Of a stretch of 64,000 bases of DNA, positions 51,335-64,000 are shown piece after piece (position 1 is the first letter of the stretch; the number at the start of each line of letters is the position of its first letter). The stretch is taken from positions 62,374,001-62,438,000 of the forward strand of contig NC_087436.1 of assembly GCF_036321535.1 (NCBI RefSeq), read 5' to 3'. This DNA is from Camelus dromedarius. Taxonomy: Eukaryota. A program made the translations under genes and the position numbers. The notes under the pieces are model-generated. The model saw only the letters and a program-made list of their open reading frames with translations, was not told the origin of the DNA and did not search any database.

Positions 51335-52420
51335 TAACGAAGACACAAAAGGCAATAATTATAGTCCATGATTGATAAATTTGACGAAGTCCACAGAGAA
51401 TGTTGAGTCTGAAAATTGTGACCCATAAACCAATACAGGCACGTATTCAGAATATGCAAACACCACTACAAATCAATAGAAAACAACAATCACCAAGTAG
51501 AAAAATGAGAAAAATTTCTTCAATGGGCATTGCACAACAGAGAAAATCCAAATATCAAATAGCACATGAAAGTGCTCAACTTCATTAGTAATTGGGGAAA
51601 TGAAAATTAAAATCACTATGTTAAGTATTTCTCCACACTCAACAAACATTAAAAATCTGGCAAAACCTAGTACTGGAGAAAATGTGGAATAATACAATGC
51701 TGTTAAAGTAGAATCGATAATATTTATTTGCAAAAGAGTTTGGCCCACTTCCTCAAGTTGAATATGCTATATTTCACTAATTTAACTCTATGTTTTATAA
51801 TCTATGGTATTTCATGCTTATGTGCGGCAGGTTAAACGTGCGGAATGTTTATAACAACATTACTCATAACTCCAACTGGAAACAAAAAAAAAGTGGTAGA
51901 AGTGTGGATCAAATAGGTATGTTTATACAACGTTATGACCACAGTGAGGAAAACGAAAAGTATGTATATCTGTCCTCAATAATATTTATGGAATTTAAAA
52001 ACATAATTTTGTCACCAAAAACCAGCAAAGAGCAAAACAGAACTGCATATGGTATGGATCTATTTATGTATGTATTTATTTAAAGTATTTAAAAGATGAA
52101 AAGGATAAACCTACATACATATTTTTTCAAGCATGAAACTTTACTGCTTATTGATGCATAATTACATAGGTGTAAGAAAGTGTAATCAAAAGAAGTATAG
52201 AAGTGATTATCACAAATGTCAGAGCAGTGGTAACCTCTAGGAAATAGGAAAGAAACTGTGACCAGGAAAACACATATGCGGACTTTCTAGGGGTGCTGGC
52301 AATATTCTATTTCCTTATCTAAATAATGGTTACATAAATGTTAGTTTATAACTTATTTAAACTGTACATTTATGTCTAATGGATTCTCACGTTACATTCC
52401 ACACAAAAAATTACAGATTG
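51335..52420 (+). mobile_element. L1ME-type element (ORF2 end and 3' UTR)
   Basis: ctacaaatcaataga...gctcaacttcattagtaat...ttctaggggtgctggcaatattctatttc. Confidence 0.8.
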
Positions 52421-53334
52421 AATGAATGTAAATATCTCATGATGAGTGAAAGGAGGTGCCTTCAGATGGCTGTAAAGAGAGGAGTAATATGACTTTCAAT
52501 TAACTTAAGCAGTATTTATGATCAACTGTAATATTCTAGTTGCTTGTTAGAACTTCTCTGTGGACTTCTAAGTTATTATCAGGGAAATGCTTTAAGATTC
52601 TAGTAGTTATGCCTTAGGGATGAGTTTATAAATCAAAGTGGGTCTTTTATTTTGCTAAGAAAATGAAACAATTCAATTTTTAATATATGTATAATGGTCA
52701 GTAATTCTGGGTACACTTAATCTGATTTCTTATTACAGACTTCAGATCCGTAACAAATATTTTTCTTTTCTTTACCAGGTTGACTTTAAGCTTAAAATTG
52801 ACTTTTACTAAAAGGGAACAAATTGCTTTGGATTTTTGTCTATTTGTTTTTAATGTGCATGGACTTAGACTATCATCATGCAGCAGAAAAGGCCTTGTCA
52901 TCCTTTGCATTTTAGTGTGTGGTATCTAACACAGTCCTGGTTAAACCATAGGAGTTTAGGAAAGATCTGGTGATAGTTTGGTCATTAAAATCAGGTATTA
53001 CTTTTTCCACTTATTTGGAAAATATTTCAAGGGTGTAGAAAATACTGTTTTTCACTCTTTAAAATATGGACTACAATTTATGAATTACAATTACAAATTA
53101 TAATTTATAAATAAAAAAATTGAGAAGTCAATTACCTTTCAAAAATGAAAAATGATGTGACATAACTAGCTTCTGAACTGATTCTAAGGCTATTCTTGAA
53201 AGCTGTTAAGTGCTGCCTCATTATGCAATCCTCCTGTGGTGAACTTCCATTGATACAAACTTCCTAGCGAGCTATTTGATAAAATAAAATGAGATCTTTA
53301 AAACAGACGTATCTTTTGATAGAATAATTCTGAA

Positions 53335-53750
53335 TCTAAGAATTAATTGCAAGGGAATGATAAAGAATATACACATCAAATTATATACAAGGGGATCATC
53401 ACAGTATTTTTGATAATAGGAAACTGCCAGATAAAACTAAACTTTTGTACTGGAGGATTAGCTAAATAAATTATGTTACAGTCAAAGCATGAAACACTGT
53501 GCTTGCATTTAAAAATCATGTATTGTAGAATGCCAAGTTATATGATAAAATGTTCATAATTAAGAAGCAGGATACTAAAAGTTTATGTTCACTACCATCT
53601 TTTTATTGAGTATGTGGGTACAGCATTTGGAAGAGACTATATCAAAATGATTCTCTCTGCCGGGTTGGATTATGGAAAATTAAAAAATAATTTCAGTATG
53701 TTTTCTTTAATTTTCAATTTTATGTGAAATCATGTTTGATTATTAAATTA
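53335..53750 (+). mobile_element. Old L1ME 3' remnant
   Basis: catcacagtattttt...gctaaataaattatgttaca...aagaagcaggatac. Confidence 0.55.
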
Positions 53751-53969
53751 GTAAGTAAATACATACATAAGAAATTATTGCTGTGTACTCAGACTTAATA
53801 TTTTACTGAGTTAAATAGATATAAATGGATCAATTTTTAACATAACATGAAAACTTAAGTGTTTTCACAGGCGAAAGGCTTTCCAACTCTCAATATCTAA
53901 AGAGATGAGCAAATAGTGAAAATTAGGAAAACTAATAAAGAATCACATTAACATTCCCAGTATGTTCCT

Positions 53970-54084
53970 TGTATTAGTTTCCTAAAGCTACTATAAAAAA
54001 AGTACTACCAACTTTGTGGATTAGAACAAAAGAAATTCTCTCACAGTTGTAGGCACCAGGAGGCCAAAATTAAGGTGTGAAGGG
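53970..54084 (-). mobile_element. MLT1 (MaLR) LTR 3' piece
   Basis: tgtattagtttcctaaagctactataa...ctctcacagttgtagg...aaattaaggtgt. Confidence 0.75.
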
Positions 54085-54094
54085 CTTCACTCAT

Positions 54095-54227
54095 TCCAAC
54101 AAGCCCATCTATTCAAATGGTAATCTCATACTAAAGCGTCCTTACAGGTTTATCCAGAATAATGTTTAATCAAATATCTGGGCACCTCATGACTCAGTCA
54201 AGTTGACCCATAAAATTAACCATCACA
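54095..54227 (-). mobile_element. MLT2 (ERVL) LTR 5' piece
   Basis: ccagaataatgtttaatcaaatatctgggcacc...cagtcaagttgacccataaaattaaccatcaca. Confidence 0.88.
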
Positions 54228-54299
54228 CTGTCAATGAATATAATAGTAAGGGTATCATGACAACAAAGGTACAATTAGAAAAACTGAGTCAGCATTTTC

Positions 54300-54710
54300 T
54301 AGAGGACATCAGTTGAATTTGCTGATCAGTTAAATGGAGATTGCTGGGGAGAATAATGCCATTAGTTGAAGTGGGAATTTAGTAAAAAAGTGAAGGCTCA
54401 GGAGGGTGATTGTGGAATTTTTTTTAACAAATGAAAAATTGGTGAAATGATTTGAGATATAAAATTGTGGCATCTCAACAAAGGGATCTGTATCAAAAGT
54501 GAGGCGGGGGCTAATGATAGCAGTAAACAAATCAGCTGATAAAGGGTCAGGGAAATAAACCTGATTAAAAACTTTAGCATTAGATTGATAAGAGGAGTAA
54601 ACTTGAGGCCATTTGACATTAATTTATGTCATATCTGACCTTTGAGTATGCAGTTTCTGGCCACTGGAAAAGCTGTTGTGAAATTGGGTTATTTGCATAG
54701 CAATTTTACG
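54300..54710. promoter_or_regulatory. Candidate enhancer (motif-dense unique sequence)
   Basis: GTAAACAA 54523, CAGCTGATAA 54533, TGACAT-TAATTT-ATGTCA 54614-54631, TGACCTTT 54636, ATTTGCAT 54691. Confidence 0.3.
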
Positions 54711-56571
54711 AAAAAAGTCTCCTTCAAGTTGTTATCCATTGTTTTTATATAATATATCCATATAACAAATTAAAGATAAATGTATTATAATGAGTCATAA
54801 AATATTATAAATATATGTTGTTGTGGTTATGTGTAGAAATTTCTTGATTTTTTTTAATGTAGTAGGGAGTGACTCTCCACTCATCAATAAAATAGCACTT
54901 AAAGCTCGATATACAAAGAGTAATTTATTTTATACAGCAGACCTTTTATCCTTGGTTGATTTGAAAAGGGTACTCAGGGGCTAGTCTGATACAAATACTG
55001 CCAGGTTATCTTTAGTATACATCTTAAAGCAAATCCAAACAGACACATCCTACTCCATATTTATAAAGATAATCACAGGGGATTAAAACAATCAAAACTA
55101 AGAATTTTTGAAGGAACTGAATGCTTTTTTCTGTGTTTCTCTGATATAACCAAAGTTTTGCTACCCTTGGAACAATAGTTGCATATAGAATGGAAACATC
55201 CCAGCACATACTTTCATGTGAGTGAGAGACATCTAATATCAACTGGCAATGTCCTTGTTCACCAAAGTGCTGCTGGATGCCTTTGAAATCACCACTTAAA
55301 CTCCCTCTTCCCAAGGAGCATGAACAGAGCTCTACATTTTCTGTATTAATCTGACTTATAAACAGTAGACTATACTAACATAAATGTCAAAACATAAGTA
55401 AGAATGTGCCTTTTTTTGAATATGAAAGTGTACTACACTCCATGTGCAGTAAAATATGGAGACATAAACATTTAAAATGTTGATTAAATATGGAAGCAAT
55501 ATGATTTAAGTTTAGTTAGCATTGATGTTCAGACTATTGAAGATACTTTAATTTCTCAGTAAATCAGCCAACCTTACAAGTGACAAGTGAATTATAGAAA
55601 TATTTAGAATCTTGTTGACTATTTAGAGATTCACATATATAGTCACATATATATTTTAGACATTTCCATATATTTCTTTACATCTGTAAAAATATTGTCA
55701 TTTGTTTTCCTGGGTTTAAAGTAAGCAATTTGCTCACTTCAGTTTTTAAAATGATTATGGAGACTTAGCCAGCAAGGGATGCTGGAAATCCTCCCCTTCT
55801 TTCTTTTTCAACCCTAACCTCATATGTAGTAAATCATTTCATATAGATGATAATCTCTCTTAGATTCTTGATCCCGGTCTCACCAGAGATATATTCTTTG
55901 CAACTATAACTGAAGATTTTCTTCTCTTTCTGGGTAGTAGAAATCTTAATGAATAGCTATTCATCAGAATGAAAGGCTTTTAAAATTCAGGAGAGTAATG
56001 AAACTGCTGACAATTTGGTTCTTTCAATAGTTTAGATAGATGGGATTTAGAAGAAAAATACACTTTTTGTCTTATCAAGGTAAGCCAATTTACTAATTCC
56101 CAAAGCAGATTAAATTTTGTGCCATTGATCCTTTTTTGCCACATCAGTTTTTATCATCCATCTCATTTTTATCTCTGGTTGGATTCTGAGAAAAAAATAC
56201 TTTTTGATAAATCTTGATTAACTACAAATAATATTTAAATCTGGTTTTGGCATAGTTATAAATTAAAAAATTATTTTGTGTATGTGTACATATTTATTCT
56301 AAATAGATATTTTTGCTGATTTCTGAAAACTAATGTCTTCATTGTTATATTTCAAAATGAGTATATTTTTAGATATACTTGATAAAGAAAATGATTTTCT
56401 CAGGGCTTTAAAAATAAATATTTATCTAATGGAGTTTTGATTTTAAAAAGGGTACATATATACTTTAAAAGTCTTCTTACTGAGTCCCCTTGGGACATTA
56501 ATGTCCACATCTCAATATGTTTCTTGTCAAACCCAATATACCAGAGGCAAAAATAAATCCATTATATTTTG

Positions 56572-56573
<2 letters not shown>

Positions 56574-56611
<38 letters not shown>
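56574..56611. repeat. (GT)19 microsatellite
   Basis: Direct reading. Confidence 0.97.
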
Positions 56612-56614
<3 letters not shown>

Positions 56615-57349
56615 CAAGATAGCAGCCCTTTAAGAGAAAAACATGAAATGCAAGTCCTTAAAGCTGGATATTCAGAATTCAGGCCGTTTTTATGCTTTTC
56701 TATGAAAGTTAACCTTAATAATGTAAGAAAATTGCTACTTTAAATAGATTACTTTTTTTTTAAGGCTTTCAATTGTGGCAGTTTTACTAAAATTGTGTTT
56801 TGCTTAATTTCAGTTAAGCTTGAATCCAATACTTATTGAAAAAAAGATTTACTGTTAAAATATGAATGGTCTTAGTCCATGTTATTTTATATGAGAGAAA
56901 CACGATCCCTATGCAATATGAGACCTTAAATAAATATTCCTTTATATCCTAGATTATATCCTACAGACATTTTAACACAATACAGACATTAAGAAAAAAA
57001 TTGCAGAGATTTGACTTGTGTAACAAGTATTCATTGCAACTCAGAATTTCTTCTTTTAACAGATTTGACAAAATACATGATTGATTATGATTGTCATTCT
57101 TATATAAATTCTGAATTACCATTTTTGTTCTAGATCATGATAACCATTTTCAAGCATCATGATTTCTAAAACATAGACATAGAACTCTTCCTTAATCTCT
57201 CATTTCTAAAAGACATTAATAATATAAACTATAAAAACATATGCATCAACAATGGAAATCTATGATGTTTTTTAAATGTATGGAAACTGAAGAGATTTTT
57301 GTTTGATGAAGAATGTTCATTGCTACTGTGCAGAATCTGTTTGCAAAAT

Positions 57350-57640
57350 TAAAATCAAGACATCTAGTCAGATTCAAATTTTAAAGAGACTAAACAGGGA
57401 AATTAAATTCAGCACAGTCCTGAGTAGGTCCTGGATCAAAGGGAAACAAATGCTATAAAGGAGAGTATTGGAGCAATTGGCAAAAAATAAAAATTAAAAA
57501 AATAGACTATATTAAATAATATTATTATATCAATGTTAAATTGCTTGAAGTGTAATACTGTAGTGTGGTTACATAAGATAATGTCCTTGTAAGGAAGCAT
57601 GACGTCTAAAGTGTACCTTCAAGCAGACCAGGAAAAAGCT
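57350..57640 (+). mobile_element. L1MC4-type 3' UTR fragment
   Basis: taaagagactaaacagg...ggtcctggatc...tatcaatgttaaatt...gtggttacataagataatgtccttg. Confidence 0.7.
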
Positions 57641-58019
57641 AATATGGATTATGTCTATATATTCAAACCTGTATCACTACATTTTTCTATATCTACCTAT
57701 AATCAATACCTATACCTGTACCATACCTATATGCTCATATCTATATTTACTTGTATCTATATTTGGAGAAGGAGAGACTCTTAATAGTCAAATATTCTGT
57801 GCTACCTATTTACCAGTTTCTCCTCCAGAAACACTCTTTTTTCTTTTCTACATTACTCCCTGCCCCCAGGGGACTGACACATATGGACCCCATCATAAGA
57901 GCTCCTATAATCTTTAGATTACTTTACTGATTGTATTGTGATATTTCTATTGACTTCTCAATTAGATTATAAAATTACTGAAAACAGTTTTATGGTTTTA
58001 TGTCCTCAAATGATAAGGA

Positions 58020-58250
58020 GTGCTAATAACTAAGACTTGCCATGTATCAGGCTAGTTATAGTTGTCACCTGCATTATGTTACTTAATCCTTCAAAACACC
58101 TATTATTTTGTTATTAATTTTATTTGTATTATATAGATGGGATAATGAAGTGTGGAGAACTTAAGCAACTTGCCTGATTTCACAATTGGTAATCTGCAGA
58201 GCCAGAATTCTTACTCAGGTGCCTGACACTATAGATGATGCTGCTTATCA
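58020..58250 (-). mobile_element. MIR SINE (within an L2 3' end, about 57915-58320)
   Basis: cttaatccttcaaaacacctatt...atagatgggataatgaag...ttaagcaacttgcc...gcagagccagaattc. Confidence 0.75.
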
Positions 58251-58659
58251 AGATCCATAGCCCAGAGCACAGTGCCATGACTTAGCATTTTTCAGGGCAC
58301 ATCAGTAAATGCTTGAAAAAGAAAATCTTATGGTAATAATAAATGACTTTCAATACAAAGAAAGTAAAAAACAAGATTCAGTTTAATATTACATTGAAAA
58401 AGTAAGCCACGTTATTTATTGTGAAATATAGTAGCACTTTTTCTTCTCAAATTATAATCCTTAGGATCTAGTGAATATTTTCAGCTCAAATAGTAAAATA
58501 TAAGAGAAGGAACAACTTTTGATGCATGTATTTTTCAGAGCTGAAAAGCCATTCTGTCATCATTAAATGGTGGCATTTTCCATCAAGTGTTAAGGCTTAT
58601 TGGAAGAAGACTGCTTTTCGTCATAGTCCTTAACACCCTCTGACACATATAAATTATTA

Positions 58660-58825
58660 GATTAGATGTTAATTTCCTGTCTCTTATAACTAAACTGTAA
58701 GTTCCATGAGGGCAAAAGCTTTTCCTATTTTGCTTACTGCTGTTTATCCAGAGTCTACAATCATTACTGACAGGATAAAGTACCAGTAGATACTACTGGA
58801 ATAAATGTGTGAATCATGAATGGAT
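58660..58825 (+). mobile_element. L2 3' end
   Basis: actaaactgtaagttccatgagggcaaa...gcttactgctgtttatccagagtcta...aataaatg. Confidence 0.8.
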
Positions 58826-60529
58826 ATTAATTAGATCCAAGGATAGCTGCTTTTACGGAAGTAAGGGACAAGATGGAAAAGGAGCACTTGGGATACATTC
58901 ATTCCTCTCACAAAATACCACTGGTATGCAGCCTTCTGGGAAAGAAAGAAAATAGAAAATAGCAGGGGATTTAAAATACTTTGTTGACGTTTCTTAACAT
59001 TAACATAAACACACTTCTTAGTTTCAAGTTAAATGTCTTCAGCACTGTTTTTTAGAATAATGCTTTCTAAACATGGACAACTATGTATTCATAGTATCTA
59101 GGAAACCTTTCCAAAGTAATCATTCTTGAGCCTTATCTCATCACTGATAAAACAATTTGTGGTAACCAATGACTTAAAATTCTAGTATATGACAGTTATG
59201 GTTTAGGCAAAAATATTAATGACACCAAAGCTAAAAATTCTATGTATAATTAAAGTAGAAGATATATAAAGATGTTTTTGATTTAAATGAAAGGACGCTA
59301 CACAATGTAAAAATACTGATTAGAAAGAAGTATATCTTAAATAGAGTCATATCTCCTATGTGAGAGCTGTTAAAGCCACCTTGAGTTCAAATACTAACTT
59401 TCATTATCAGAAGGTTTAAAAATCATTTGAAATAGAAGGTACCCAGTTGTTCCATTCTAAAGATGATAAAAAATCTCCCTCCTAAGACTCTGAATGGTCA
59501 CTAAGCTCACCTAAAAAGTCATATTATAATAATGCAATAATTTTATAGATTTCTGGAAAATTAAACTGTGTCATAATTTCTGTCATAAACTGTGATGAAA
59601 GATAACATTGCAAGCCCACTTTGTAAGAAATGCTAATATATTCTTAAAGATTAAAGAGAGGGTTTGGGGTCTCTCGGATGTATGATTATTGGACTACACA
59701 CTTGATGATGAATTATAATATGTGTAAGAATTTTTAATTCCATGCGTAAGACTCATTCATGTATGAATCCAAACCATAATTTGTGAGTTCAGGTGATATT
59801 TCTAAGTAACTCTTTCTAATTTTTTCCAAAATAATATTACTGGTATGACTAATTATTACTGATTTTCCACTGACTTAAGTTGACTTTGGCTGATGAATAA
59901 CAGTACAAAGTGTCAGTGGAATTGGGTTATTCATTCAACATTTTGCATATGAAATTTTGTCCTTCAAATTAATGGTATTTGAAAGGAACCTAGGCAACAC
60001 TCTTAATAGAAACAGAAAGTGAGGAGTTGTGAAGAAATATAGCAAAACCTTAATTTATCCATGAACACTTTAATGAATTTTGCTTCTGTTTTGTTCTCAC
60101 TGTCCTTTATAATATTTTCTACCATAAAAATTTTTTTTCCAAAGGCTAAAATAATTGTATATACTTTTGTCCACCTGCATGTCTCAGTCCGGTCCTCCTC
60201 ACAGTCATTTATATGATTAGAAAGTTACCAAATTTTGCTTAAATAAGGTACACATTTTTGAAAAATTAAGTATTTTGTGTAAAATTTTGGAAAACATCTA
60301 TTGCTTACATGATCACAGAGACAGTTTGTGCTGTTACAACCTAATAATATCAGAGAAACTCAGAGAAGCTATTAAACTATATTTCTAAAAATTCCTATAT
60401 GCTTAATAGCCAGGTTATAATCTAATATGCATAGAAAAATTAATTGGTAACTCCATAAACCATTTTCTTATTTGCATGTATTTACATGTAATTTCAACTG
60501 TGAGTCCGCACTAGTATTTCCGTTTTAAA

Positions 60530-61385
60530 GATCCAAATGAACTTCTGGACATCTTGATGATTTTGCAAATCCAACCTCCCTGTTGTTCACATCAATATGT
60601 TTCTAGTTACCCTTCATACAGTCTTTCAAACTGCACCTGACCAATCATCATAGTTTCAAAAATATCCAGAAGGTGACTGTTTCTCACCACCTTCCAGCTT
60701 GGTCCATGTGATCATCATCTCTCATAGGGATTACTGTAAAATCTCTACCCTTGTCCGTATTTCTTAGACTTCATTCTCTTAATAAAGTAGCCAGTGATAG
60801 AATTAAACAATCCCAATTGTGTACCTCCTCTGCGCAAAGGAAAAAGTGCTTTTATATCTCACTTAGAATGATCTTCAAAGTCCAGCCACCTCACTCTCCC
60901 ACAAGGCTGATGACCCCTTTTACCTTTACCAAGTTCTCTGTCATTTACTCCACTCCACTCTTGCTCAAAGATTTTCTTTTTGTTCTGCAAACACATCAGG
61001 CATACTTTTTTTTCCCTATGAGTCTTAGCAGTTTCTTGCACTCTTTTGAAACACTTCGATTCATGACCTGCTCTCTCAATCTCATCCAGTGTTCGCCCAA
61101 ATGTTCTATTTTGAATGAGGCCTGCCTTGATTATCCTACATAAAATTGCTTCCGTTTTCCTATTGATCACTAGCTTTCTTTTCTTATAGCTTTCTTTTCT
61201 TATAGCTTTCTTTTTATCATCTGATATACTGTATATTTACTTGTTTGTTTACTATCAGTTTAGAATTTAAAAATCACAAAATTATGGATTTTTGTCAATT
61301 TTCTCGACTGCTCTTTTTCCAATTTCTTGGAATAATGCTTGGCTTATAATCTTATGCTCATGAGTTGATGAATTATTAGAAATGA
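60530..61385 (+). mobile_element. L2 3' region
   Basis: caaaatatccagaa...ttctcaccacc...atcatcatctctca...aatgaggcctgccttga...aataatgcttggc. Confidence 0.8.
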
Positions 61386-62649
61386 AATAGCACATTTTAT
61401 GGCTGGTATTTTCTTCCAGAAAACTGGACACTTTTAATGTATGTTTTCTCATAGAAAAAGCATCTCAAGAGAAGGCATACATCAGAAGAACAGCTATTCC
61501 TACTGTTATTACGATGTGTAAAACAGATTACTACCTGTAGAAATACCATCCCTATAAAAAAAAATTGCCTCCATTTTATGCACAACTTTGATCTAAAGGA
61601 CAAAGTGCTTGTTTCTTTTAAGCAGATAATATTAAAATTCACATTGTTTATTGAATAATGAAGCTAGATCTTGTTATAGGGTTCAGAAAAATTCAGACAT
61701 TTATTCAGTAAATAAAACACTAAATAAAAATAATATATGATAGTTCTGTCAGTTACCTAATAACTTTTAGAAGTCGACATAAAAGCAAGAAACTAAACTA
61801 TATAGTTATTTCAAATTGTTGAAAACCACATGCATATCAAGGACCGGATATGCCTGATAATGGTTAGTTCCATTCACAGTCTCCATGAAAGTTGCTTCAT
61901 TAGCCTAACTCCCTATGTGCAGGTGTTGTTAAAAATACAGATTTATGTCATGATACTAAAATATATGTATGGAAGAATCAACTATTTTGGGTATAGAGAT
62001 TTTCAAAGTGTTTTTTTCCCCCTCTTGAGCCCATTTTTTAAATTAAATATTAATGAAAGGTTGTGTCCAAGGTTAAAACGCCTATGTAATATGTTAGGCA
62101 AATTCCTTCAGTGAAAAAACCTCTGTTCACTTTAAGATTAGTCATTCACATGCTCAGCATTAATTAAATAGAAAATATTGTCCCAACTTTGTAAACACAC
62201 ACAAACTCACCTTGTCGGTTGATAAATGATTCATTAATCATGGAAAATGGACTGTCTGAATCTTTTTTGTTTGCTTGTTTTTCACTTCTTTTTAAAAATC
62301 TTTTAACTTTCATTATAGTGTCTTTATCTTCAGGAAAATTTGTGTTGTAAAATGTGTGTTAGTTTTTAATGGAATTTGTGTTTGAGTTTTTACTTCAAGT
62401 TTTTCTACAAAACATATTATTAATATATGTATTTTCCTATATTTAACTTTATCAATTTATTTTTTGAATGCTGTTAAGTTAGACAAGTTTTTCCAAATAG
62501 TATGTTTCTTTCACTTTTTGTTTCGATAATCTTTCAAGGTCTTTTGTATTTTAAGTTAAATGCATACTTTTTTAGAAATTATTTTTAACAATCAGTAATT
62601 ATTCTAGTCATATTTTATTTTCATAACTGTAGGTTATAACTTATTTTAA

Positions 62650-63060
62650 TATACATCAAGATGAGGTCTGAAGTTGGGGAGATTTGAGATAAAGGATGCT
62701 TTGGTCATGTTTATAAATTGAGAAAATACGTAAGAGAAAAAGAGAAACTAAGATACATGAGAGAGGATAAATTATAGGGTAAAGTCTTAAGTGAGGTATT
62801 AAAAAATTGTTTGACATAAAAAGAAAAAGAATTTGACTCTTCTATTTTAGACAAGATGTAAGGAGATTAGCATGGTTTTAAGGGTGTGTGTATGTATATA
62901 TTTATATATATATATATGGAAATGAAAAAATTGGACTTTAAATTTTATGATATCACTTTCTCTGTAAAGTAGGAGGAGAAGTCATATGTTATTTGTAAAT
63001 AATTGAGAAAACAAGATTACAGAATTATTAAACTACTGTTTTAAAGTGATTTGGGTTTTC
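62650..63060 (-). mobile_element. L2 fragment
   Basis: gagaggataaattatagg...gaatttgactcttctatt...tttaaattttatgatatcactttc. Confidence 0.45.
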
Positions 63061-64000
63061 AAGAAGTACTGTGGTGTTTCTAGGAAAACAAAATCAATTC
63101 AGTGCATCAAATCTTCTCTTTTGGTCTGAACAAAGTCCAAGTTTGATTGCATATCAGTTGACAAATGCAAAATTGTGCTATGTGATAGTTAACTCTCTCT
63201 GTAATTAGCAAAAGGACTAAAAATCAATATTATACTTGAAACTAACACTGATGTCACAATAGTGGAATAGACTCTATAGGACACTGTAATAAGCCATCAG
63301 GGAATGCTTTACTGATTCTTTGTGTTCACTGGATAAGTAAGAACTTTAGTTCTATAATCAGTGGAGTCAGAGAAGAAAGCAACCCAAACATTACCCTGCT
63401 TAGCTGGAAAAGCATAGAAGGCTGCTTGTGTCATGTTCTGTGCAGAAGTGAAAATTAGTTGCTTTCTCTGTGTTTTGAGAAGGAACTCTACAATGAGGTA
63501 GAGACGAAATCTGAATTTGTCATTAGGAATTGCTTTACATGGTGATGATGATGATGGTGGTTTTAGTCCTTCATATCACTGTGGTTTTGACTAGTTTAAG
63601 TTTATTCAATACTTTCCCAGTTGACAAAACTAAGGATTAGAAGCCTATATTTAAATATATGATAGTTCAGTTAATCCACCTACAAATATTTGTTAACTTC
63701 TTTTGTCCTTGCAATACTGTTAAGCAGTTAAAATGCCAGGCCTGTATGTTATGTCCAAAGTGTAGTGAAAAAATACTGCAACTATTTGAGTTATTTTTTG
63801 ATAAATGGGGATAAATAGAGAGGGTCAAGATCCTTACAGTTATGTAGATTTACTGACATCTAGATTTATCACAGATATTTGAAAAGGAGCAAGAAATGGA
63901 CATTTGAAGCATCATTCACTGAGTACCAGCGAGGAAGAACTTCAGTTCAGAAGATGTAACACAGGTGTCGTGCAGGAACTCTTCCACTAGTATACTCTCT

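Noticed and set aside
53136..53263. Possible - strand exon with one open frame (EVCINGSSPQED...)
   Set aside because: Poor polypyrimidine tract and unrecognisable peptide; no partner exons
60751..61170. 130-aa and 103-aa ORFs on opposite strands
   Set aside because: Lie within a decayed L2; no protein similarity recognised
61171..61214. Short tandem duplications (16-bp unit here; similar ones near 3421, 27520, 34748 and 44345)
   Set aside because: Ordinary slippage duplications without unique spacers; not CRISPR-like or evidently functional
1..64000. tRNA/snRNA/rRNA genes, NUMT, processed pseudogenes, prokaryote-type systems
   Set aside because: No recognisable signatures by eye; an Infernal/BLAST search would be needed to exclude degenerate copies

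Overview
AT-rich, repeat-dense eutherian genomic DNA, intronic or intergenic. The youngest L1 3' ends (TTGAAGTATAGTCAGTTTACAATG... type) and the apparent lack of Bov-tA/BovB/PRE1/Alu SINEs suggest a cetartiodactyl, most likely a camelid; this is inferred from recalled consensus sequences, not a database search. I cannot support any protein-coding gene, structural RNA gene or CRISPR array. The only ORFs with recognisable protein are broken L1 ORF2 pieces; the rest look like chance ORFs. Much of the window is layered transposon debris: L2, MIR, old L1M, younger L1, an ERV1-like solo LTR, MaLR/ERVL pieces, and Tigger/hAT MITEs. The best lead is a small CpG-rich, promoter-like island at about 38.4-38.83 kb buried in L1 debris. 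It has an NRF1 site, a C/EBP palindrome and divergent 5' splice donors, and a well-formed non-coding candidate exon lies downstream at 42367-42500, suggesting an unannotated, possibly bidirectional or germline lncRNA promoter. Smaller curiosities are a solo poly(A) insertion with a perfect 16-bp TSD, a tiny L1 insertion with a 31-bp TSD, a three-level nested insertion and a motif-dense candidate enhancer near 54.5 kb. Repeat family names and boundaries are by-eye estimates.
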